In this document: positions 12,170-23,670 of the stretch, piece by piece
How the letters are laid out: each line of letters begins with the position of its first letter
Position numbering within the stretch: the stretch's first letter is position 1
Source: Octopus bimaculoides
Taxonomy: Eukaryota
Direction of reading: 5' to 3'
Length of the DNA: 40,461 nt
Assembly: GCF_001194135.2 (NCBI RefSeq)
Contig: NC_068984.1
Location: 132,480,519-132,520,979, forward strand
The notes under the pieces: model-generated
What the model was told of the DNA's origin: nothing
Databases searched by the model: none
The model's input: the letters and a program-made list of their open reading frames with translations, nothing else
Translations under genes and position numbers: made by a program

Positions 12170-12327
12170 GCCAGAAATCCAGAGGCATTAGTACAGTTGA
12201 TTATCTCTCCCTACTTTTCCCCAGCTATTTGTCTGGTACTTTACTTTATTGAATCCGGGAGGGTGAACAAGCAAAGTTGACCTCGACGAGATTTGAACTC
12301 AGATCGTAAAGAAGCAGAACAAATATT
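12170..12327 (-). mobile_element. Old SINE family A fragment
   Basis: gcaaagttgacctcgacgagatttgaactcaga is a diverged body and B box. Confidence 0.6.
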
Positions 12328-12542
12328 GGCTTCAAAATTTTTAGCACAGGTCAGCAGTTTTGGAGGAAAGGTTAAGTCGATTACATCAACCCTATTGCTC
12401 AACTCGTACTTATTTTATCGACCCTGAAAGGATGAAAGGCAAAGTCGACTTCGGCGGAATTTGAACTCAGAGCGTAAATACGGACGAAATGCAACTAAGC
12501 GTTTTGCCCGGCGTGCTAACGATTCTGCCAGCTCGCCACCTT
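12328..12542 (-). mobile_element. SINE family A, full length, with 13-bp TSD
   Basis: TSD cagaacaaatatt at 12315-12327 and 12546-12558. Confidence 0.9.
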
Positions 12543-12558
12543 ATCCAGAACAAATATT

Positions 12559-12774
12559 CTTTTCTATTCTAGGCACAAGGCCCAAAATTTTGGGAGAGGC
12601 GGGGCCAGTCGATTAGATCGACTCCAGTACGCAACTGGTACTTAATTTATCGACACCGACAGGATGAAAGGCAAAGTCGACCTCGGCGGAATTTGAACTC
12701 AGAACACAAAGACAGATGAAATACCTCTAAGCGTTTTGCCCGGCGTGCTAACGATTCTGCCAGCTCGCCACCTT
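12559..12774 (-). mobile_element. SINE family A, full length
   Basis: A and B boxes and body present; tail of the aggcacaaggcc type. Confidence 0.9.
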
Positions 12775-12881
12775 ATAGTCATGAAGTAATGTATAAGGAA
12801 TGTATAATGTATAAGGTTATGTATGCTGGGGAGGAGGTGTAATGAGATGATGTAGCCTTCCCACATAATTGCTGTCGTAAC

Positions 12882-12986
12882 CACTAGCGTAGCTAGAGTG
12901 TGTGCCACACTCGGAAACCACAAAAATCACATATTGCCTACAGCAATAGCCCCTACCACCATCCTCCCCACCCTGTTACGCTAGTG
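12882..12986. mobile_element. MITE of about 105 bp, possibly hAT-like
   Basis: TIRs cactagcgta / tacgctagtg. Flanks gtcgtaac and gacgtaac form an 8-bp TSD with one mismatch. Confidence 0.65.
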
Positions 12987-13040
12987 GACGTAACGCAAGC
13001 AATTGTTCCTTTGTTTGTGCAAACAGTGTGTAAGAATTAT

Positions 13041-13121
13041 TCTCTCTTTTATTCTTTTACTTGTTTCAGTCATTTTGACGGCGGCCATGCTGGAGTACCG
13101 CCTTTAGTCAAACAAATCGAC
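13041..13121 (-). mobile_element. SINE family B, 3' end fragment
   Basis: Matches 13536-13615. Confidence 0.85.
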
Positions 13122-13535
13122 CTGGCCTGTTTTCAATTTTTTCATCTTTAGTGCCAATTATCGTACCTGGCCTAACAACGCTCAGTCTCCCATCTGTAAT
13201 ACATAAGACGCAGGGCTATTGATTGATGCAATTAAAAGTAAAAAAAAAAACAAGCGCGTCATATACGCCGGTAAATAAGGTAATTATGCAAAACATTTCT
13301 TTCTGGCACTCTACCGATTCTGTTCTTATCTGTTATTTCGAAAAATAATTCCAAGCAAAGGTATGGGTTCTTGAATTTCGTCTAATCATCTAAGTCGGTC
13401 ACAGAACTTGACCGGTACTTATTTGGTCGACTCCAGGAGGAGGAAACGCGAAGTTTATTCAGTACTTAAGAAGCCAGGACAAAAGCCACATTTTGTGGCT
13501 CTAACGATTTTGCCAATCCACTGCTCTCAACGAGA

Positions 13536-13945
13536 TTTACTCTTTTACTCTTTTACTTGTTTCAGTCATTTGACTGCGGCCATGCTGGAGCACCGCCTTT
13601 AGTCGAGCAAATCGACCCCAGGACTTATTCTTTGTAAGCCTAGTACTTATTCTATCGGTCTCTTGCACCGAACCGTTAAGTTACGGGGACGTAAACACAC
13701 CAGCATCGGTTGTCAAGCGATGTTAGGGGGACAAACATAGACGCACAAACACACACACACATATATATATACATATACGTATATATGACGGGTTTCTTTC
13801 AGTTTCCGTCTACCAAATCCACTCACAAGGCTTTGGTCGACCCAAGGCTATAGTAGAAGACACTTGCCCAAGGTGCCACGCCGTGGGATTGAACCCGGAA
13901 CCGTTTGGTTGGTAAGCAAGCTACTTATCACACAGCCACTCCTGT
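13536..13945 (-). mobile_element. SINE family B, full length (tRNA head, CORE-like segment, internal CA/TA microsatellite, (GAGTAAAA)n tail)
   Basis: Minus strand: aggagtggctgtgtgataag (A box), ccgggttcaatccc (B box), ggcaccttgggcaagtgtcttc (resembles the CORE gtgaccttgggcaagt); microsatellite at about 13745-13785. Confidence 0.92.
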
Positions 13946-14779
13946 TTCTTATTTAGGCACAAGGCCAGAAATATTTAGCTGGAGGCAGATTCAGCATTGA
14001 GTTTTAGATAGGTATAAACAGAAACGTAGACAGCCAGAAAGATACACACACACACACANNNNNNNNNNNNNNNNNNNNNNNNNNNNNNNNNNNNNNNNNN
14101 NNNNNNNNNNNNNNNNNNNNNNNNNNNNNNNNNNNNNNNNNNNNNNNNNNNNNNNNNNNNNNNNNNNNNNNNNNNNNNNNNNNNNNNNNNNNNNNNNNNN
14201 NNNNNNNNNNNNNNNNNNNNNNNNNNNNNNNNNNNNNNNNNNNNNNNNNNNNNNNNNNNNNNNNNNNNNNNNNNNNNNNNNNNNNNNNNNNNNNNNNNNN
14301 NNNNNNNNNNNNNNNNNNNNNNNNNNNNNNNNNNNNNNNNNNNNNNNNNNNNNNNNNNNNNNNNNNNNNNNNNNNNNNNNNNNNNNNNNNNNNNNNNNNN
14401 NNNNNNNNNNNNNNNNNNNNNNNNNNNNNNNNNNNNNNNNNNNNNNNNNNNNNNNNNNNNNNNNNNNNNNNNNNNNNNNNNNNNNNNNNNNNNNNNNNNN
14501 NNNNNNNNNNNNNNNNNNNNNNNNNNNNNNNNNNNNNNNNNNNNNNNNNNNNNNNNNNNNNNNNNNNNNNNNNNNNNNNNNNNNNNNNNNNNNNNNNNNN
14601 NNNNNNNNNNNNNNNNNNNNNNNNNNNNNNNNNNNNNNNNNNNNNNNNNNNNNNNNNNNNNNNNNNNNNNNNNNNNNNNNNNNNNNNNNNNNNNNNNNNN
14701 NNNNNNNNNNNNNNNNNNNNNNNNNNNNNNNNNNNNNNNNNNNNNNNNNNNNNNNNNNNNNNNNNNNAATTGAGAAAGT

Positions 14780-14815
14780 CTTTAACGTTTCGAGCCTACG
14801 CTCTTCCACAGAAAG
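14780..14815 (-). ncRNA. Minimal type I hammerhead-ribozyme-like core (PLE type) with a variant catalytic box
   Basis: Minus strand: cttt CTGTGGAA GAGC-gtag-GCTC GAA ACGT T aaag. Stem I cttt/aaag, stem II GAGC/GCTC, palindromic ACGT stem III. CUGANGA is altered. Confidence 0.4.
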
Positions 14816-15249
14816 GAACACAGAAAGAAACAAGGAAAGAAACACGGAGAGAAAAAAAATGGAATGTGTAGTGGCTAGCGATCTGTGCGTGTGTGTACGT
14901 AGGTGAGACATGTGATACGTGTGTGTGTTTAAATGCTTAATATGACATTACGATGGTGCAATTGTTTTGATTTCGATATCTGAGATTTAAAAAAAAAAAC
15001 CTATACAATGAAATACATATATGCCTATATAAAGAGAATTCTGAAAAACTGGGCGACCATGTAAGAATTTCTCACTATCGTAGTAGCAAAGAAGAGTTGT
15101 TGCAACGTAGTCATATCAAAATTATGCTGTGGAGGGGAGTTTAGAGAAACTAAGTAGTTTTATAGTTACTTCCCTTGAATTGTAATACGTTCAGTGTCAA
15201 CACAGACACACACGCACTTGCATGTGTATACGCGCATATTTCAATATAT

Positions 15250-15748
15250 AGTCTTTTTACTTGTTTCAGGTATTAAGACTGCGGCCATACTGGAGGCCCA
15301 GCTTGAAGTGATTTTTTTTAGTCGGTGAAAACGATCCCGTTACTTATTTTAAGCTTTCTAGTTATCATATTGCTTCTTCCGCCATCCTCCTCACGTCCCT
15401 ACCCCTCAAAAAACAAAAGAATATTATAAGATACTGGATCGTGACCTTAAACTAGTATCAAGCAGGGACAAACACACACTTACGCGTGCACACACAAACA
15501 CACACATGCACACACACACACTCACACGCACACACTCACACGCACACACGCCCCCCACACACACACAGACACGAACGTACGCACTCACGCACACATATGC
15601 ATAAACATGGCCGTGTGGTTAAGAATTCACTTCTCAAACCCATGTGGTCCAGGGTTCAGTTCAACTGCGTGGTACTTAAGACAAGCGCCTTCTAGTAAGG
15701 AACCGGGACCGACCAATGCCTCGTAAGTAAAGTTGGTGAACAGAAATT
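15250..15748. mobile_element. Old SINE family B: 3' part on minus, microsatellite, then head on plus
   Basis: Tail on minus at 15250-15370, caagcagggacaaacacac at about 15455, CA tract, then a plus-strand head catggccgtgtggttaag...gggttcagttc at 15606-15748. Confidence 0.55.
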
Positions 15749-15832
15749 TCGCTTATTGTTGGAAAAACATCAATCACTTCTGTATGATTGTGTTTGTTTC
15801 TTACGCTTTCGATAAAGTTCTAAAGTAAAAAA

Positions 15833-16160
15833 TCCCCTTCGGTTATAAATGACCATGGCATTACACCCAGAAAGTTCCCCCTCCGAAGCAAAGTCCAGGC
15901 CAGGTTGTTTATGGAAAACCAACAGTCGCCCACACATACAAGCCTCCCCTTTTCACACCACTGATCTTATCCAAGGAAAAGGCAAAACCGATACAACTTG
16001 GCACCAGTGACGTCACAACTCATTTCTACGGCTGAGTGAACTGGAGCAACGTGAAATAAAGTGTCTTGCTCAAGAACACAACAAACAGTCTGGTCAGGGA
16101 ATCGAACCCACTACCTCATGATTGTGAATCCGACGCTCTAACCACTGAGCCATGCGCCTT
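15833..16160 (-). mobile_element. tRNA-derived SINE family C, full length
   Basis: Minus strand: ggcgcatggctcagtggttagagc (A box), gggttcgattccc (B box), then cttgagcaagacactttatttcacgttgctccagttcactcagc. Confidence 0.85.
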
Positions 16161-16202
16161 CATGATGAGGTTCTAATTTAGGAGCGTTTGATCCTATATC
16201 TT

Positions 16203-16428
16203 TCATCTTTTATCCTTTACTTGTTTTCAGTCATTTAACTGCGGCCATGCTGGGGTACCGCCTTGAAGGGTTTTAATCGAACAAATTCATCCAAGGACTT
16301 TTTTTTAAGCCTGGTACTTATTCTATCGGTTACTTTTGCCGAACCGCAAGATCACGGGAACATAAACATACCAACACCGGTTGTCAAGCGGTGGTGGGAG
16401 ACAAAGATACAAAGACACGCATACATGG

Positions 16429-16510
<82 letters not shown>

Positions 16511-16592
16511 GTCTTCTGCTATAGCCTCAGGCAGACCAATGCTTTGTGAGTGGATTTGGTAGACGGAAACTGAAAGAAGCCTGGGCGTATAT
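16203..16592. mobile_element. SINE family B with a 5'-truncated head inverted at the internal microsatellite
   Basis: 3' half on minus at 16203-16430, (CA)n(TA)n at 16431-16510, head segment on plus at 16511-16592 ending in cgtatat. Confidence 0.85.
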
Positions 16593-17059
16593 TATCGGGA
16601 GTTTTTTCTCCTTCATCAGCACCTGTCTATCTGGCCAGATGGTCAACAAAGAGTACTTCGTGGAGGTTTTGCGGCCGCTCAGGAAGAGATTTCGTCGCAA
16701 AAAGCCGGAGCACTTGGACCCGGACAATGCACTCGTCCACAGTTCCATCCTAGTAACCAACTACTTACAGTGATGGATATCAAAACTGACCCTCACCTTC
16801 CCTTCAGTCCCCAAACTGAAGAAGAATCTGATGGGATAGTCGCTTTGAAGGTATTGACAAGAAGAAGGAGGTAGTAACAAGGTTCCTGGACACTTTCCCT
16901 TTGGAAAACTTCTATGGTGCCGTCATGGAGTGGCCGGATCGCTACAGCAAGTGCATTGAAGATAGAGGATATTACTTTGAAGACGATTAGAGTTTTGTAC
17001 TTTGAAATTAATAAATGTCTCTCCTGAAAATGTCTGAAAACTTCTGAAATGCACCTTGT
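16593..17059 (+). mobile_element. Mariner 3' fragment (third lineage) with right TIR
   Basis: GQMVNKEYFVEVLRPLRKRFRRKKPE, DNALVHSS, and C-terminal WPDRYSKCIEDRGYYFEDD*. TIR-like gaaaacttctgaaatgcaccttgt ends at 17059. Confidence 0.85.
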
Positions 17060-17091
17060 CTCTCTCTCACACACACTCTCTTTCCCCTCTT

Positions 17092-17244
<153 letters not shown>

Positions 17245-17705
17245 NNNNNNNNNNNNNNNNNNNNNNNNNNNNNNNNNNNNNNNNNNNNNNNNNNNNNNNN
17301 NNNNNNNNNNNNNNNNNNNNNNNNNNNNNNNNNNNNNNNNNNNNNNNNNNNNNNNNNNNNNNNNNNNNNNNNNNNNNNNNNNNNNNNNNNNNNNNNNNNN
17401 NNNNNNNNNNNNNNNNNNNNNNNNNNNNNNNNNNNNNNNNNNNNNNNNNNNNNNNNNNNNNNNNNNNNNNNNNNNNNNNNNNNNNNNNNNNNNNNNNNNN
17501 NNNNNNNNNNNNNNNNNNNNNNNNNNNNCGTACGTATGTACATACATACATACATACATACATACATACATACATACATACATACATACACACATAGGTG
17601 TAGATATAGATGTAGATATATACATCCTTGAAGGTTACCTACAGCTCGGTGCCACCCAGAGTGCAGATGATGAATCATTTGAATGCCACTTGCTTGAAAA
17701 AGAAT

Positions 17706-17727
17706 TCATAATTCATTGTAATTCTGC
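17706..17727 (-). CDS. Speculative terminal coding exon of the minus-strand candidate gene (T-QNYNEL*)
   Basis: acattcag|G CAG AAT TAC AAT GAA TTA TGA is phase-compatible with the phase-2 end of 27722-27801. The polypyrimidine tract is weak. Confidence 0.15.
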
Positions 17728-18325
17728 CTGAATGTATTATTTAAACAACGATGTTTATATTCTTCGTAACTGAGACATGTGATGCAAAATAATACTATTG
17801 CTTCTGGTAAAATATAGACAGACAATTCACAGCGAACGGTTTCGTGATTAAAAAAACGCTCTTAGTTTTTTTTCCATATTGAACATTGACAGATATTGTT
17901 GTCGCTTTCCAATGTGAGAACATATAGTTGGCTGGCCATGAGAATGCGAGGCTCTTCAAACTGAAATTCTGCTAACTTAAACGCCTGCCCCTGGGGTTTC
18001 TTGGTGAACATTGAAAAGCTTTTGTACCTTCTTCGAGGTCATTAATTTTCTGACTTGCTGTGTACGATGCCAAAGGAAGAAAGAAAGAAAAAAGAATAAT
18101 TGAAGGTACCTGAAAATACCAAGTTAAATGACGAGCAATGAAGGCCCAGCCAGAACGACTGACCGATAGAGAGGGGCCAACAACCTCGCCACAAATCAGA
18201 TGCAGTGGAACCGTGTCAGTAAGAAGATCTCTGTTGGTGCAACAAAAATTTTGACACCAAATAATAAATGCTTAAGTGAGGTTAACAATCGTTGAGGTTA
18301 ACAATTGGAGATTGTCTCCCTCTGG

Positions 18326-18900
18326 CTATCGATCGCAAGTGACCCTGTTATCTTGTGGGTTCCAATTGGCCGGCAGGAATTTCCTGAAATGCAACCACGG
18401 TCCGAAGACCTCCGTTCTGGAGTTAAGGATGTTCCCCGGGTCGAGAGAGTCCTTTAGAATCATCGCCCGTTCCGCTATGCATAGTTTACAACGCTTGGTC
18501 CCGTTTATGTAGGGGCCTGGATTTTTCTAGGGTTCTCCATGCTATTGTGTATGGAATCTCGTCGTCTTTCAGCTGCCAGACGTGGCTGGTTAGTGACATA
18601 ACGTATCTCCTTTCCGGTATCCTGAAGGCGGATCGGTTGTTGGAGAGGCGTTGTTTGAATATGTTACCGGAGCAGCTGATGTATCTCCGTAATCGGGTGT
18701 TGGTGGCGTTGTGTCTGCTGGTGTTGGCGGCATTGGAGGTGGCGTTGGTGTTAGTGCTGTCATTACTGATGGTGGTAATGGTGCTGTTGTTGTGCCATGG
18801 TCATCGTCGTTGATGGAGGAGCTGGCATAGATATAATATCGTCGGCGATGGCTCTGCTACTATTTACGTTAGGGATACTGTCATTGCTGTCGATGTTATT
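18326..18900 (-). mobile_element. Penelope-like element GIY-YIG endonuclease fragment, decayed
   Basis: RRYISCSGNIFKQRLSNNRSAFRIPERRYVMSLTSHVWQLKDDEIPYTIAWRTLEKSRP, then a +1 frameshift, then YINGTKRCKLCIAERAMILKDSLDPGNILNSRTEVFGPWLHFRKF. Matches the PLE pattern YIG..FKQR..NH...CxLC..E...LNxRxE. Confidence 0.85.
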
Positions 18901-19528
18901 ATTGTTGTGTGTGTGTGTATGTGTGTGTGTGTGTGTGTGTGTGTNNNNNNNNNNNNNNNNNNNNNNNNNNNNNNNNNNNNNNNNNNNNNNNNNNNNNNNN
19001 NNNNNNNNNNNNNNNNNNNNNNNNNNNNNNNNNNNNNNNNNNNNNNNNNNNNNNNNNNNNNNNNNNNNNNNNNNNNNNNNNNNNNNNNNNNNNNNNNNNN
19101 NNNNNNNNNNNNNNNNNNNNNNNNNNNNNNNNNNNNNNNNNNNNNNNNNNNNNNNNNNNNNNNNNNNNNNNNNNNNNNNNNNNNNNNNNNNNNNNNNNNN
19201 NNNNNNNNNNNNNNNNNNNNNNNNNNNNNNNNNNNNNNNNNNNNNNNNNNNNNNNNNNNNNNNNNNNNNNNNNNNNNNNNNNNNNNNNNNNNNNNNNNNN
19301 NNNNNNNNNNNNNNNNNNNNNNNNNNNNNNNNNNNNNNNNNNNNNNNNNNNNNNNNNNNNNNNNNNNNNNNNNNNNNNNNNNNNNNNNNNNNNNNNNNNN
19401 NNNNNNNNNNNNNNNNNNNNNNNNNNNNNNNNNNNNNNNNNNNNNNNNNNNNNNNNNNNATATATATATATGTATACATATATATATATATATGTATACA
19501 TATATATATATATGTGTGTATGTGTGTA

Positions 19529-19568
<40 letters not shown>

Positions 19569-20866
19569 CACGTGAAGCATATTTGCCACTTAAATGTGGC
19601 TAACCACTAAGGGTATATATATATATATAGATATAGATATATAGATATATATATGCATGTATCTACGTATTCACGCGTGCGCGCGCACGTACACATGGTC
19701 ATGAACATATGTATCGTCACCCATAGAATGATAAAACGGAGACTAAAGATCATAGACTAAACAATACACACACACACACACGCACACACACACACATACA
19801 CACACACACACACAAGTATACATGTATATGTATATGTGTATACATATATATATATATATATATATNNNNNNNNNNNNNNNNNNNNNNNNNNNNNNNNNNN
19901 NNNNNNNNNNNNNNNNNNNNNNNNNNNNNNNNNNNNNNNNNNNNNNNNNNNNNNNNNNNNNNNNNNNNNNNNNNNNNNNNNNNNNNNNNNNNNNNNNNNN
20001 NNNNNNNNNNNNNNNNNNNNNNNNNNNNNNNNNNNNNNNNNNNNNNNNNNNNNNNNNNNNNNNNNNNNNNNNNNNNNNNNNNNNNNNNNNNNNNNNNNNN
20101 NNNNNNNNNNNNNNNNNNNNNNNNNNNNNNNNNNNNNNNNNNNNNNNNNNNNNNNNNNNNNNNNNNNNNNNNNNNNNNNNNNNNNNNNNNNNNNNNNNNN
20201 NNNNNNNNNNNNNNNNNNNNNNNNNNNNNNNNNNNNNNNNNNNNNNNNNNNNNNNNNNNNNNNNNNNNNNNNNNNNNNNNNNNNNNNNNNNNNNNNNNNN
20301 NNNNNNNNNNNNNNNNNNNNNNNNNNNNNNNNNNNNNNNNNNNNNNNNNNNNNNNNNNNNNNNNNNNNNNNNNNNNNNNNNNNNNNNNNNNNNNNNNNNN
20401 NNNNNNNNNNNNNNNNNNNNNNNNNNNNNNNNNNNNNNNNNNNNNNNNNNNNNNNNNNNNNNNNNNNNNNNNNNNNNNNNNNNNNNNNNNNNNNNNNNNN
20501 NNNNNNNNNNNNNNNNNNNNNNNNNNNNNNNNNNNNNNNNNNNNNNNNNNNNNNNNNNNNNNNNNNNNNNNNNNNNNNNNNNNNNNNNNNNNNNNNNNNN
20601 NNNNNNNNNNNNNNNNNNNNNNNNNNNNNNNNNNNNNNNNNNNNNNNNNNNNNNNNNNNNNNNNNNNNNNNNNNNNNNNNNNNNNNNNNNNNNNNNNNNN
20701 NNNNNNNNNNNNNNNNNNNNNNNNNNNNNNNNNNNNNNNNNNNNNNNNNNNNNNNNNNNNNNNNNNNNNNNNNNNNNNNNNNTATTATATCATATATATA
20801 TATAAATGCGTAGTATATAAATGTGTGTGCTCATATCTATCTATCTATATATATATATATATATAT

Positions 20867-20922
<56 letters not shown>

Positions 20923-22009
20923 GTATGTATATGTATATACATATCATTGTACTTAGTTTATATATATATATATATTTATACATGCGTTTATGTATGTATG
21001 TATTTATGTATAGATATTTGTGTATGTGTGTATATATATATATATCTTTGCGTACACTTAGACATATAGATATATTTTTACAAAAAAAAACAATTTATGC
21101 ACACGCGCGCGCTCATATACATGCACATATCATTGTGGTAACCGCACAGTAATTTCTGCATATATTCATACAACTGACAACATTTTCTTAATGCAGTTGT
21201 TTATGCTGATGTTGAAATAATGTTTTGTGATGGAGCTGTTTGTTGTTGTAGTTGTGGATTAATGGCGTTTGTGGCGATAGCGTCAAGGATATCAGATGTA
21301 ATGTTTTTGTTAGGTGTCAATGATGTTGACGGCGAAACGGCTGTAGTGTGTGCGTTGGTTGGGTAGATGTGGTAAGATAGACACAGTTTCCATATTATTT
21401 AACGTGCCATGAATGGAAACAAGCAAACGCACACACACACATACTCTCTCTCACACACACACACACACACGCACTCATTCACACACACGCACACATATAC
21501 TCACACACACTCTCTCTCTCTCTCACTCTCTCTCCCTCTCTCATGCTCACACACAAAGATGTGAGTGAATGTGAGATTGAACCAGATTGAGAGATAGTGT
21601 TTAAAATCAGAGAACGGGAGAGAAAGGGGAGAGAATGTATCTGTCAGAGAGAAGGAGAGAGAAGTGGAGAAGGTTAACGCCAGTAAAACGTTGAAATATA
21701 TATAAAATTCTTCAGTAATTCGTAGGTATGCGTCAGCATATAGAAATGAAATACCCCTAAAACATTCAGGAACAGAATAAAGATATAAGTAGGATAGTAG
21801 TGATCAAAAGTAAAAGGTAATTAATTTTACACAATTAGGAAAAAACACACGTTTCCAACGTTTCGTACAGTGGCCGTCAACATGAAGTATTTACAATGAA
21901 AGCCTCAAGGTTAAATGAATCTTTGACAACTATATCTGGTCTATTGGCAGAGTGCAGAGAGCCGAATAAAGAATATCACAAGGCATTTTGTCTTATGGGC
22001 TGATAAACC

Positions 22010-22190
22010 ATTCTCCTGTAGGCACAAGGGCTGAAATTTTGTTGGGTGTGGATAGTCGATTACTAGTACTTACTTTAGCGATCCCCCAAATATGTAAGGT
22101 AACGCCAACCTCGGCGGAATTTGAACTTAGAACGTAATGACGAAACAAATGCCGCTTAACATTTTGTCAAGCGTGTGAAGAATTCTATTC
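22010..22190 (-). mobile_element. Decayed SINE family A
   Basis: aacctcggcggaatttgaacttagaacg body and aggcacaaggg tail. Confidence 0.7.
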
Positions 22191-22214
22191 CAATAATGGC
22201 TAATTTCAGTGCCA

Positions 22215-22515
22215 CCGAGAGTTCCTGTAAGTCCAGTCAATGGAACAACCTGCTCGTGAAATTAACTTGCAAGTAGCAGAACACTCCACGGATACCTGTA
22301 CCCTTAATGTAGTTCTTAGGGAGATTCAGCGTGACGCAGGATGTGACAAAGCTGGCCCTTTGAAATTCAAGTTTAACTCATTTTTGTCAGCTGAGTGGAC
22401 TGGAGCAACGTGAAATAAAATGTCTCGCTCAGTGACACAGCGTGTCATCAGGAATCGAACTCAAAACCTTACGATCGTAGAGCCGAATACCCTAGCCACT
22501 TAGCCACACGCCTTC
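22215..22515 (-). mobile_element. tRNA-derived SINE family D (head and central domain as in family C, different 3' part)
   Basis: Minus strand: gaaggcgtgtggctaagtggctagg, gagttcgattcc, ttatttcacgttgctccagtccactcagc. Confidence 0.8.
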
Positions 22516-22617
22516 GATTCAGTCCCTCAATATTATATATGGTGACACTGACTTTAGCATTTTGTTTTTTTATGCAGATCGCGTCTACGTATTTCCTTTG
22601 CATTCCTTACGGACGAA

Positions 22618-22765
22618 CCAGCCAACCAACTAACCAAGTAACCGGCCTACTCACCGACTAACCAACCAGACGGCAAGACGGCCAGACAGCCAGACAGCCA
22701 GACAGCCGGACAGCCGGACAGCCGGATAGCCAGCCTACTCACCAGCCAACCAGCCTGTCGACCAG
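22618..22765. repeat. Degenerate GC-rich tetramer repeat (CCAA/CCAG/ACAG/CCGG)
   Basis: Direct inspection. Confidence 0.8.
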
Positions 22766-22902
22766 TCCAGATCAACAATTCGCTCTGATGTTGCCAGAGT
22801 TGTGTAAAGAGAAACCCAGCTGTATTTGCACGTTGTTTATGGGTGCTAGGGTCCGACCATAGCCAATTGAAACATAATAATGTTGCGTTAACTACGACTA
22901 CG

Positions 22903-22934
<32 letters not shown>

Positions 22935-23297
22935 CACCACCACCATTACTACTACTACTACTGCTGCTACGTTGGAGTGGTGGCCATTCGATACACCCGC
23001 CTCTTCCTCATCTGTGATTGCCCCCTTTCAAACACAGACACTCACTCTCTCCTCATATCTGTTCAGGTTATCGACCTCCATCCACATCGAGTAAAGCGAT
23101 TCAGTAAGTCCCTTCCCCCACCTCCGGCCCCGACTCACCAAGAAACATTCCATGTTCCTCTTTTAGTTTAAGAAGCGCAAGAGCACACAAGTTCACTCAT
23201 GCTCACACACACACGCACGCATGTATGTTGGATCTATCTATCTATCTATTTATCTGTCTGTCTGTCTGTCTGTCTATCTGTCTGTTTGTCTGTCTAC

Positions 23298-23328
<31 letters not shown>

Positions 23329-23461
23329 TCTCTTCAGGAGGAGTTACCTCAATCCTTTCTATATTAACCAAAATGAAGTAGTTTGACAAATTTATTTTTT
23401 GAACCAGTTGAAGACACACAAGATGTCGAAATATTGTTCACAAGATAACTAATAATAATAA

Positions 23462-23670
23462 TAATAATCCTTTTTACTATAGGCACAAGGCCTGAAATCT
23501 GTGGTAAGGGGATCAGTCGATTACATCGACCCCAGTGCCTAACTGGTACTTAATTTATTGACCCCGAAAGGATGATAGGCAAAGTCGACCTCGGCAGAAT
23601 TTGAACTCAGAACGAAATACCGCTAAGCATTTCGCCCGGCGTGCTAACGATTCTGCCAGCTCACCACTTC
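23462..23670 (-). mobile_element. SINE family A, full length, with a small internal deletion
   Basis: A and B boxes; (ATT)n tail; lacks the taacggcagacg segment seen in 6695-6927. Confidence 0.9.

Noticed and set aside
11402-12774. Regularly recurring repeats as a CRISPR-like array
   Set aside because: Eukaryotic SINE copies of about 200-240 bp in mixed orientation, with no repeat-spacer periodicity.
17830-17870. ctaagagcg...acgaaaccg downstream of the PLE endonuclease, a possible pLTR hammerhead
   Set aside because: Helices do not pair convincingly.
21860-21900. Hammerhead-like GAAACGTT on minus
   Set aside because: No stem II and two mismatches in CUGANGA; too decayed to support.
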